From: Bacteroidota bacterium
GTDB lineage: Bacteria; Bacteroidota; Bacteroidia; Bacteroidales; FEN-979
NCBI GenBank assembly: GCA_026391835.1
Contig: JAPLDF010000068.1
Span: 313,661 to 377,660, forward strand
Length of the DNA stretch: 64,000 nucleotides
Direction of reading: 5' to 3'
The notes under the pieces were generated by a model. The model was not told the origin of the DNA. It saw nothing but the letters and a program-made list of their open reading frames with translations, and searched no databases. Positions 26,927 to 34,771 of the stretch are shown here, piece after piece (the first letter of the stretch is position 1; each line of letters starts with the position of its first letter). Position numbers and translations under genes: made by a program.

Positions 26927-28093
26927 ATGCGATTGTTTTTTATTTTACCCCGGGTTCCATATCCAACTGAAAAAGGCGACAAACTAAGGGCTTTTCATCA
27001 GATCAAGCAGCTTTCAAAACATCATGAGATCATCCTTTGCGCCCTGAACGACGGAGATTTGCATGAAAATGCAATAGCGGTGCTGAAAAAGTATGTCAAA
27101 GCCATCCATATCATTCCAATTTCGAAGATTTCGATCGCTTTCAACCTGGTAAAGACCCTGTTTTCAAACAAGCCGCTCCAGGTGGGTTATTTTTACAATG
27201 CATCTTCCGCAGCTAAAATTCATTCGCTTATCGAGGAGTATAAGCCGGATCACATCTTCTGCCAGCTGATCCGTGTTGCCGAATATGTAAAGGACATCCC
27301 GATTCCGAAAACACTCGATTACCAGGATGTTTTTTCAAAGGGGGTTGAAAGAAGGCTTGCCACTGCACCTTTTTACCTGAAACCGTTCCTGAAGATCGAA
27401 TACAACCGGCTGCTCCGTTACGAACATGATGCTTTTGAAGCATTCGATCACAAAATGATCATCTCAGCCCCCGACCGCGACATGATCCCGCATCCCGGGC
27501 GGGACCAGATCGTAGTTGTTGCAAATGGCGTGGATACTGATTTTTTCAGTCCGCAGGAGGCCGAAAAGAAGTACGACCTCGTCTTCACCGGCAATATGGG
27601 TTACCCGCCGAACATCAAAAGTGCTGAATTCCTGGTCAACGAAATCCTGCCGGTCGTATTGGCTCAAAAACCCGACCTGAACCTGCTGATTGCAGGAGCC
27701 AGTCCGAACTTACGGGTGATGGCACTAAAATCTTCACAGGTCAGTGTAAGCGGCTGGGTGCCGGATATGCGCGCGTGTTACGCCAGTGCCCGGATATTCA
27801 TTGCCCCCATGCAGATCGGCACCGGTTTGCAAAATAAGATCCTTGAAGCAATGGCCATGCGAATCCCCTGCATCACCTCGCCTCTTGCATTCAAAGCGCT
27901 GAATGCCAGGGAAGGTGTGGATATCCTGGTTGCCTCAACACCGAAAGAGTACGCCGCACACATCATGATGCTCCTGAACAATCCCGGAAAAGCCGGTGAA
28001 ATCGCCCAAAACGGGTACGATTTCGTCCACCGGAATTTCAACTGGGAAACTGAAACCGAAAAGATCAACATGCTGATCGAAGGGGGAAAGTGA
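26927..28093 (+). CDS. glycosyltransferase (GT4-like; the ORF track starts at 26909)
   Basis: MRLFFILPRVPYPTEKGDKLRAFHQIKQL... and the C-terminal FIAPMQIGTGLQNKILEAMAMRIPCITS are typical of group-1 glycosyltransferases. Confidence 0.8.
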   Translation: MRLFFILPRVPYPTEKGDKLRAFHQIKQLSKHHEIILCALNDGDLHENAIAVLKKYVKAIHIIPISKISIAFNLVKTLFSNKPLQVGYFYNASSAAKIHSLIEEYKPDHIFCQLIRVAEYVKDIPIPKTLDYQDVFSKGVERRLATAPFYLKPFLKIEYNRLLRYEHDAFEAFDHKMIISAPDRDMIPHPGRDQIVVVANGVDTDFFSPQEAEKKYDLVFTGNMGYPPNIKSAEFLVNEILPVVLAQKPDLNLLIAGASPNLRVMALKSSQVSVSGWVPDMRACYASARIFIAPMQIGTGLQNKILEAMAMRIPCITSPLAFKALNAREGVDILVASTPKEYAAHIMMLLNNPGKAGEIAQNGYDFVHRNFNWETETEKINMLIEGGK

Positions 28094-28100
28094 ATGGAAT

Positions 28101-28203
28101 AATGCAGGCAATTCAAACAATGCAAACAATGCAATCAATGCAGACAATGCAGGCAATGCAGGCAAATTTTTTTCATTTTGATTTTGATTTTTGATTTTTG
28201 AAA
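28101..28203 (+). repeat. (AATGCANNC)x7 nonamer array followed by an (ATTTTTG)-type T-rich array, ending 9 nt before the ettA ATG
   Basis: Nonamer units: aatgcaggc aattcaaac aatgcaaac aatgcaatc aatgcagac aatgcaggc aatgcaggc. They are followed by tttttttcattttgattttgatttttgatttttg. Confidence 0.9.
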
Positions 28204-28212
28204 TAACTTATT

Positions 28213-29889
28213 ATGGCCGACGATAAAAAAATAATCTTCAGCATGGTGGGTGTCACAAAGACCTATCCGCCGCAGAAACAAGTCCTGAAAAACATCTATC
28301 TTTCATTCTATTATGGTGCCAAGATCGGCATCATCGGGTTGAACGGCTCCGGGAAATCGACACTCCTGAAAATTATCGCAGGCGTCGAAAAATCCTTCCT
28401 GGGCGAGGTGGTCTTTTCTCCCGGGTATACCGTTGGATACCTTGAGCAGGATCCCCAGTTCGACGACACCAAAACAGTAAGGCAGATCGTGGAGGAAGGT
28501 GTGCACGAGGTGGTGGCTTTGCTCAAAGAATACGAAGAGGTCAACAACAAATTCGGCGATCCGCTCTCGGATGATGCGATGGATAAGCTGATCAAACGAC
28601 AGGGGGAACTCACCGAACTGCTTGACCAGCACGGAGCCTGGGACCTTGACAGCAAACTGGAGCGGGCCATGGATGCCCTCCGTTGCCCGGATCCTGAATC
28701 TTCGGTAAAAAACCTTTCAGGTGGCGAACGCCGCCGGGTTGCCCTGTGCCGGCTGCTTTTACAGGAGCCCGACATCCTGCTGCTCGATGAGCCTACCAAC
28801 CACCTTGATGCCGAATCGGTTCAGTGGCTCGAGCTTCATCTCCAGCAATATAAGGGAACTGTTATTGCCATCACCCACGACCGGTATTTTCTCGACAACG
28901 TCGCCGGCTGGATCCTTGAACTCGACCGGGGCGAAGGAATCCCCTGGCAGGGAAACTACACATCCTGGCTCGAACAGAAATCGAACCGGCTTGCCATGGA
29001 GGAGAAGACGGAAAGCAAACGCCGCAAAACGCTTGAACGTGAACTTGACTGGGTACGGATGTCACCCAAAGCACGCCAGGCCAAAGGCAAGGCAAGGCTG
29101 AATGCATATGAAAAGATGATGAGCGAGGATGTCAGGGAGAAGGAAGAACGCCTTGAATTGTATATCCCCAACGGGCCACGCCTTGGCAACATGGTGATCG
29201 AAGCTGTCGATGTTTCCAAATCGTTTGGCGACAAGCTGCTCTTCGAAGGATTGAGTTTTTCACTGCCTCCTGCAGGAATTGTCGGCGTTATCGGCCCGAA
29301 TGGCGCCGGTAAAACAACCCTCTTCAGGATGATCATGGATGTCGAAAAGTCTGACACCGGCTCGTTTAAAGTCGGTGAAACCGTAAAACTCGGCTATGTG
29401 GACCAGAGCCATACGGCCATTGATCCCGAGAAGACTGTTTTCCAGGTAATTTCAGGCGGGGCTGAGAACATGCAGATCGGCGGGCGCGTGATGAGTGCCA
29501 GGGCTTATGTGGCGCGGTTCAACTTCAGCGGCGCCGACCAGGAAAAAAAGTGCGGGGTACTTTCGGGGGGAGAACGCAACCGGTTGCACCTGGCGCTTAC
29601 ATTGAAAGAAGAAGCCAACGTGCTGCTGCTGGATGAACCTACCAATGACATCGACATCAACACCCTTCGCGCACTTGAAGAAGGTCTCGAGAATTTCGCT
29701 GGCTGCGCGGTGATCATCTCCCACGACCGGTGGTTCCTCGACCGCATTGCCACGCACATCCTGGCATTTGAAGGTGATTCGCAAATGTATTTCTTTGAAG
29801 GGTCCTACTCCGACTATGAGGAAAACAAGAAAAAACGTCTTGGTGAAGAAGAACCCAGGAGGATCCGGTACAAGAAATTAAAAGGCTAA
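28213..29889 (+). CDS. ettA: energy-dependent translational throttle protein EttA (ABC-F)
   Basis: 558 aa with two ABC cassettes (GLNGSGKST / LSGGERRRVAL; GPNGAGKTT / LSGGERNRLHL). The N-terminus is ..IIFSMVGVTKTYPPQKQVLKNIYLSF. Confidence 0.92.
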   Translation: MADDKKIIFSMVGVTKTYPPQKQVLKNIYLSFYYGAKIGIIGLNGSGKSTLLKIIAGVEKSFLGEVVFSPGYTVGYLEQDPQFDDTKTVRQIVEEGVHEVVALLKEYEEVNNKFGDPLSDDAMDKLIKRQGELTELLDQHGAWDLDSKLERAMDALRCPDPESSVKNLSGGERRRVALCRLLLQEPDILLLDEPTNHLDAESVQWLELHLQQYKGTVIAITHDRYFLDNVAGWILELDRGEGIPWQGNYTSWLEQKSNRLAMEEKTESKRRKTLERELDWVRMSPKARQAKGKARLNAYEKMMSEDVREKEERLELYIPNGPRLGNMVIEAVDVSKSFGDKLLFEGLSFSLPPAGIVGVIGPNGAGKTTLFRMIMDVEKSDTGSFKVGETVKLGYVDQSHTAIDPEKTVFQVISGGAENMQIGGRVMSARAYVARFNFSGADQEKKCGVLSGGERNRLHLALTLKEEANVLLLDEPTNDIDINTLRALEEGLENFAGCAVIISHDRWFLDRIATHILAFEGDSQMYFFEGSYSDYEENKKKRLGEEEPRRIRYKKLKG

Positions 29890-29920
29890 AGACACATCTC
29901 AGGTTTGCGATTCAGGAGCA

Positions 29921-31708
29921 TTAATTGCCACCAACCAGTTCGATCAGCTGGGGCTGCACCCTTAACCCTTTCAGTTTTATTTGCTGAAGCCGGGCTACAG
30001 CACTGTCCTTCATCCCCAGTTTCATAAAAATGATGACAAGGTTGTTGTGAGCAGAAGTATTCATCGGTTCCAGTTCGATCACTTTCCTCAGGTTGATGAC
30101 TGCACTGTCGTATGATTTTTCGAAAAAATAGACCTTTGCCAACTGGGAATAGATCTCCGCATCCCCTTTCCCTGAGATTTTTAAACCCTCGCCCAGGTAT
30201 CCCTTCACACGGGCGTAATCCTTCTTTTCGAAGGCTATCTGCCCCAGCAGAAAGTAGTTTTCAGGATCTTTTGCGCCCGGCAGGGCCAGTTCATTTTTCA
30301 GGAACTGCTCGGCTTCATCAAGCCGTTTGTTTTTATAGGCGACCTTCCCAAGATTGAGGTTGATATCATCCAGTGTCGGATCGATGGCGTAAGCCTGCCT
30401 TAGGATCCTCTCCTGTTCCGCATCATCCTCAACCCATGTGCCCATCATCTGCAATGAATAGGCATTTCGGGGAGTTTCGGCAACAGCCCGGCTCCAGTAG
30501 GAAAGCGGGCTGGAAAAATAACCAGCCCTGTTGAAACTCATCACACCGAAGACCAGGATAACGCTCCCGAACAAAATGAAACGGTAACTGCCTTTTAATT
30601 TGCCGGTTAAAAAAACGTTGTGGCTTAAAAGAAGTTGTATGCCGGCCAGGGGTACATAGAGGCGGTGCTCATACACAAGGTCGCTGAAGGTTTTTGGCAC
30701 GGCAAGTACCGGCAGGAGGAAGAGGAGAAACCAGGCCCCGCCGATCAATGTCAGGGGCTTGCGGTAACTGCCTTTGGAAATCACCAGAAAACAAATCCCT
30801 GCAAGCGCAAGAATGCCCCACACCACGGAAATCTCGTTGATCTGCGGATGCACCGACAGGTTCACAGGTAAGATCGTCTTGCCAAGGTATTGCAGGATTG
30901 CCGGAAAACGGCCAAGCCCAGATGCGATCATTTCATCCACCGGGAACCTGTTCCCTGACTTTTTGACAAAGGACTCCATGAAAAACCAGAACACGATCAC
31001 GCTGCACCAGCCGATACAAAGGGAAATTAAAGATTTCCAAGGTATTTTCAGGACGCTGCTGAGGATAAAAAAGGCGAGAAGGGGAATGATGATGGCTGTT
31101 TCCTTTGTAAAAACTGCAAGCAGGAAAAAGAAGACCTGGAGAGCATATACGCCCCATTTTCGAGAAATGGCAAAATCAATGGAAAAGATCATGCATGACA
31201 GGAGAAAAACCATGAGCAGCAGGTCATTCTGCCCGGGAATCCAGGCTACCGCATGGCTGATCGCCGGGTGAACCGCAAACAGCAGTGCCAGGATCAGCGA
31301 TGTTGTTTCGTCAATGTTTACTTTCTTAAAAAACAGGTACAGCAGGATCACCGACAGGATATGGAGGAGCAGGCTGGTAAAATGGTATCCACCGGGAGCC
31401 TCCCCGAAAAGCTGGTATTCCGTGATCAAGGCAACAAGGAACAACGGCCGGTAATAGTCGTAGGCTGTTTTATCGGCCGGCTGGAAAACGCCCCGTTCAA
31501 AAACCCTGCAAATATTAGACACATCCTTGTTGTAATCCTTGTTTTTGATGATAAAGTTGGCATCGTCAATACCGATGAACTGGAGAGTGACCACCTTGAT
31601 ATATACCGTCAGCGGGACAAGGACCAGCAGCATCAGCCTGTATTTCCAAAAAAAGGAGCGGATGCCGTTTTGAGGGGTGATCTTCCTGTTAACAATGCCT
31701 GCTTTCAC
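29921..31708 (-). CDS. polytopic membrane protein with C-terminal TPR repeats (PMT/TMTC-like glycosyltransferase architecture)
   Basis: 595 aa. About 10 hydrophobic segments are followed by TPR-like repeats (..YSLQMMG..AYAIDP..LGKVAYKNKRLDEAEQF..). Confidence 0.6.
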   Translation of the reverse strand: MKAGIVNRKITPQNGIRSFFWKYRLMLLVLVPLTVYIKVVTLQFIGIDDANFIIKNKDYNKDVSNICRVFERGVFQPADKTAYDYYRPLFLVALITEYQLFGEAPGGYHFTSLLLHILSVILLYLFFKKVNIDETTSLILALLFAVHPAISHAVAWIPGQNDLLLMVFLLSCMIFSIDFAISRKWGVYALQVFFFLLAVFTKETAIIIPLLAFFILSSVLKIPWKSLISLCIGWCSVIVFWFFMESFVKKSGNRFPVDEMIASGLGRFPAILQYLGKTILPVNLSVHPQINEISVVWGILALAGICFLVISKGSYRKPLTLIGGAWFLLFLLPVLAVPKTFSDLVYEHRLYVPLAGIQLLLSHNVFLTGKLKGSYRFILFGSVILVFGVMSFNRAGYFSSPLSYWSRAVAETPRNAYSLQMMGTWVEDDAEQERILRQAYAIDPTLDDINLNLGKVAYKNKRLDEAEQFLKNELALPGAKDPENYFLLGQIAFEKKDYARVKGYLGEGLKISGKGDAEIYSQLAKVYFFEKSYDSAVINLRKVIELEPMNTSAHNNLVIIFMKLGMKDSAVARLQQIKLKGLRVQPQLIELVGGN

Positions 31709-31806
31709 AACGACTTTTTAAATGCCGGGGTAAACGTACAATAAATCTTCATACGGAAGTTATTTCAAAGGTAAATTTTTATAGGCAGACGGGGAAAACA
31801 CCTCAC

Positions 31807-31878
31807 CCTTCGACTACGCTCAGGGCAGCGCCTTCGACTGCGCTCAGGGCAGCGCCTTCGACTACGCTCAGGGCAGCG
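31807..31878. repeat. 24-bp tandem repeat x3 (ccttcgactacgctcagggcagcg)
   Basis: The units are 31807-31830, 31831-31854 (one substitution) and 31855-31878. Confidence 0.95.
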
Positions 31879-31915
31879 CCCCTGAGAAACTGTCTTAAAA
31901 GCATGAAACCTTATT

Positions 31916-31994
31916 TTCACCGCGAAGACGCCAAGACGCAAAGAGTTGATTATCAATAATTTTATTTTTCGAGTCTTTGCGTCTTCCCGGTGAA
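31916..31994. repeat. 'empty' hairpin with the same arms as the GxxExxY cassette
   Basis: The left arm is ttcaccgcgaagacgccaagacgcaaaga. The reverse complement of the right arm is ttcaccgggaagacgcaaaga. The loop is ~29 nt and AT-rich. The first 16 nt are identical to 23138-23153. Confidence 0.9.
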
Positions 31995-32366
31995 ATTTGA
32001 CTTTTGAGACAACCTCAGAATCATTTTACCAGCATAATTGCATCCGGTTTTCATCTATGGTATAAAAAAGAAAAAACATTGGGAAAAATGACACCCGGAT
32101 ACTCTAAAAACAACAGGGCCGACTCCGTAGGAGTCGTATTTTGGTAGAACTGCAGACACGTTCATAATCATCGGCCCTGTAGGGGCCGGATTATCAGCAA
32201 TGGTAAAAAACAGAAATTTATCATTTATAATTCTTCATAATTATTTTGGCTTTGCGTCTATGTTTTTTACAGATATTCGGCCCCTACAGGACCGGCAGGT
32301 TGTATTCCCCTCCTATTGCTACCCATATTTGATCCCTCCGAGATCATCCCCTTGCGGGGACTGACT

Positions 32367-32553
32367 GCCACGATGAATTGTCATTAAACCACGTTGAAAC
32401 TGCGTACAAGCAGGTAGAAACCACGATGAATCGTCATAAAACCACGTTGAAACTGCGTACAAGCAGGTAGAAACCACGATGAATCGTCATAAAACCACGT
32501 TGAAACTGCGTACAAGCAGGTAGAAACCACGTTGAAACTGCGTATAAGCAGGG
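32367..32553. repeat. 53-bp tandem repeat, 3.5 copies
   Basis: The unit is ccacgatgaatcgtcataaaaccacgttgaaactgcgtacaagcaggtagaaa. Copies 2 and 3 are identical, copy 1 has 3 differences, and the last copy is partial. Confidence 0.95.
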
Positions 32554-32670
32554 ATTGTTCAGAAAAGTGTGTCAGGGGGACTTTTGCAATTTGTTTTCAA
32601 ACGGAACGGTAATGGTATGAATTAATATCCGAAATTTGAGTCCGCTTCGATAAGTAAAAAAAGCAAGAAG

Positions 32671-33147
32671 ATGAAAAAAATCAAGGAACAGTTGTTGAAT
32701 GAGGTTTCCCGGCAGGCAGCCGCATCGCCGCGCCGCCGGATGAATTACAATTTCCACAAGGAGTATTCCGATCCTTTGCAGCGAATGCTCAACGCTGTTG
32801 AACCTCAAACATATATCCAGCCACATAAACATGAAGATCCGGACAAGACCGAAGTCTTCTTCGCGCTGCGCGGGCGAATCGCCGTCATTGAATTCGATGA
32901 TCTCGGGAATATAACAGACCATATGCTTCTTGATCCGGCAAAAGGCAGCTATGGCGCCGAGATCCCGCAAAGGATCTATCACACCATCATTGCCCTCGAT
33001 GAAGGCACTGTGGCCTATGAAATTAAAAACGGGCCATACGCTGTGATCGACGATAAAAATTTTGCTTCATGGGCGCCAAAAGAAGGTTCGGCGGATGTTG
33101 CCGGCTACCTGGCCGGGCTTTTGGCTAAAACAGGTATCCCTGGTTAA
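32671..33147 (+). CDS. WbuC family cupin-fold metalloprotein
   Basis: 158 aa. RRRMNYNFHKEYSDPLQRMLNAVEPQTYIQPHKHEDPDKTEVFFALRG matches the WbuC-type cupin pattern as I remember it. Confidence 0.7.
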   Translation: MKKIKEQLLNEVSRQAAASPRRRMNYNFHKEYSDPLQRMLNAVEPQTYIQPHKHEDPDKTEVFFALRGRIAVIEFDDLGNITDHMLLDPAKGSYGAEIPQRIYHTIIALDEGTVAYEIKNGPYAVIDDKNFASWAPKEGSADVAGYLAGLLAKTGIPG

Positions 33148-33204
33148 TAATGCGGATCAGGGGCCGTTTGCAGCAATGAAGCAACAGATTGGGAAAAACT
33201 TTTC

Positions 33205-33212
33205 TATATTTG
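33205..33212 (+). promoter_or_regulatory. -7 box TAtaTTTG for hisS
   Basis: tatatttg lies inside the ORF-track 5' extension (TTG 33189), 16 nt upstream of in-frame GTG 33228. Confidence 0.4.
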
Positions 33213-33227
33213 CACAAACAGACAGCT

Positions 33228-34604
33228 GTGGCAGTACAGAAACCATCCATCCCGAAAGGAACCCGTGATTTTTCGCCCCTTGAAATGGTGCGGCGGAATT
33301 TTATATTTGACATCATCCGGAACGTTTTCCAGGTTTTCGGCTATCAGCCGATTGAAACCCCGGCCATGGAGAACCTTACAACACTCATGGGGAAATACGG
33401 GGAAGAAGGGGACAAACTGCTCTTCAAGATTCTCAATTCAGGAAATTACCTTGACGGCCTGCCCGATGCCGGATCCGGCATGCGCGATGCCGAAGCAAGG
33501 TTGAAATACCTGACCAAACATATTGCAGAAAAAGGCCTCCGCTATGACCTAACCGTTCCTTTTGCCCGCTTTGTCGTACAACACCAGAATGAACTGATAT
33601 TTCCCTTCAAACGCTACCAGATACAACCTGTGTGGCGGGCCGACCGTCCCCAGAAAGGGCGCTACCGCGAATTTTTCCAGTGCGATGTGGATGTGATCGG
33701 CAGCAATTCCCTGTTAAACGAGGTTGAACTGGCACAGATCGCCGATGCCGTATTTACAAAGCTTGGGATCAATGTACTGATCCGTCTGAACAACCGCAAG
33801 GTTCTTGCCGGCATCGCAGAAGCCATCGGGGCCCCCGATAAACTCACCGACATCACGGTGGCCATGGATAAACTGGATAAAGCAGGCATCGACAAGGTGA
33901 ACGATGAGCTGATCCTCCGCGGCATTACATACGAATCTGTTGAAAAGCTGCAGCCGATCCTTACCCTTGAAGGGAAGATCAAAATGAAATTTGATACGCT
34001 TTCCGAACTTTTCAAAGATTCCGAAACCGGCCGCAAGGGACTTGCAGAGATGCGGACCGTTCTTGAATTCCTGAAAGACCTCGGCCTTAAAAATAAGTTT
34101 GATTTTGACATCACGCTTGCCAGGGGCCTCAGTTATTATACCGGGACCATCTTCGAGGTAAAAGCCCTTGATGTTTCCATGGGAAGTATTTGCGGTGGCG
34201 GTCGCTACGATGATCTCACCGGGATTTTCGGGTTACCGGGCATGTCGGGTGTCGGCATTTCATTTGGTGCCGACCGGATTTATGATGTCATGAACGAAAG
34301 CAACCTCTTTCCCGAAACCATCCAGGCTGCCACACGTGTGCTGTTCGTCAATTTCGGGACGGAAGAAGAAAAATATTGCATGAAACTGCTCGCGGAACTC
34401 AGGCAAGCAGGGATTCCTTCAGAAATCTACCCGGATGCTGCCAAAATGAAAAAACAGATGGATTATGCCAACCGCAAAAACATACCGTTTGTCATCCTGA
34501 TCGGCAAAGATGAGATGGCCACGGGTTTGCTGACGGTGAAAAACATGAATACCGGGGAACAGAAACCATACCCGATGGAAGAAGTTAAACAACTATTGTC
34601 ATGA
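33228..34604 (+). CDS. hisS: histidine--tRNA ligase (GTG start preferred; the ORF track starts at TTG 33189)
   Basis: ..[13 protein letters not shown]..; class II motifs (..FQCDVDVIG.., ..GGGRYD..); C-terminal anticodon-binding domain. Confidence 0.92.
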   Translation: MAVQKPSIPKGTRDFSPLEMVRRNFIFDIIRNVFQVFGYQPIETPAMENLTTLMGKYGEEGDKLLFKILNSGNYLDGLPDAGSGMRDAEARLKYLTKHIAEKGLRYDLTVPFARFVVQHQNELIFPFKRYQIQPVWRADRPQKGRYREFFQCDVDVIGSNSLLNEVELAQIADAVFTKLGINVLIRLNNRKVLAGIAEAIGAPDKLTDITVAMDKLDKAGIDKVNDELILRGITYESVEKLQPILTLEGKIKMKFDTLSELFKDSETGRKGLAEMRTVLEFLKDLGLKNKFDFDITLARGLSYYTGTIFEVKALDVSMGSICGGGRYDDLTGIFGLPGMSGVGISFGADRIYDVMNESNLFPETIQAATRVLFVNFGTEEEKYCMKLLAELRQAGIPSEIYPDAAKMKKQMDYANRKNIPFVILIGKDEMATGLLTVKNMNTGEQKPYPMEEVKQLLS

Positions 34605-34680
34605 CAAGGAAAAATGTAAAACGAACCTGGGCAACTGCCATCCTCAGCGCCCGCAGCATGATTATCGGGGCAGAGTAAGG

Positions 34681-34761
34681 AATGCAGGCAATGCAGACAA
34701 TGCAAATAATGCAGGGAATGCATAAAGAGAACCCCAGGTAATTTTTAATTTTTAATTTTTA
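34681..34761 (+). repeat. (AATGCANNN)x5 nonamer array followed by (ATTTTTA)x3, ending 10 nt before the hutH-like ATG
   Basis: The sequence is aatgcaggc aatgcagac aatgcaaat aatgcaggg aatgcataa ... attttta attttta attttta. The composite layout matches 28101-28203. Confidence 0.9.
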
Positions 34762-34771
34762 ATTGAATCCT

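Noticed and set aside
31765-31956. 63-aa ORF (…RCPERSRRRCPERSRRRCPERSRR…)
   Set aside because: It is a translation of the 24-bp tandem repeat. The periodic low-complexity peptide is a by-product of the DNA repeat and not a gene.
32119-32299. Short GC hairpins (cgactccgtaggagtcg, cggccctgtaggggccg, cggcccctacaggaccg) as possible tRNA or tRNA-like genes
   Set aside because: No cloverleaf can be drawn. There is no T-loop GTTCGAATC-type box and no acceptor pairing. They are isolated 6-7-bp stem-loops.
32367-32553. Possible CRISPR array (29-nt GTTGAAAC...GAAAC-type repeat)
   Set aside because: The intervening ~24-nt segments are identical to each other and homologous to the repeat itself. They are shorter than normal spacers. 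There are no cas genes or leader in the window. I treat it as a compound tandem repeat.
34463-34723. 86-aa minus-strand ORF (MHSLHYLHCLHCLHSLL...), with similar ORFs at 27778..28134 and 27935..28165
   Set aside because: The N-termini are translations of the AATGCANNC nonamer arrays. The remainder is antisense to hisS or the GT4 gene. These are shadow or low-complexity artefacts.
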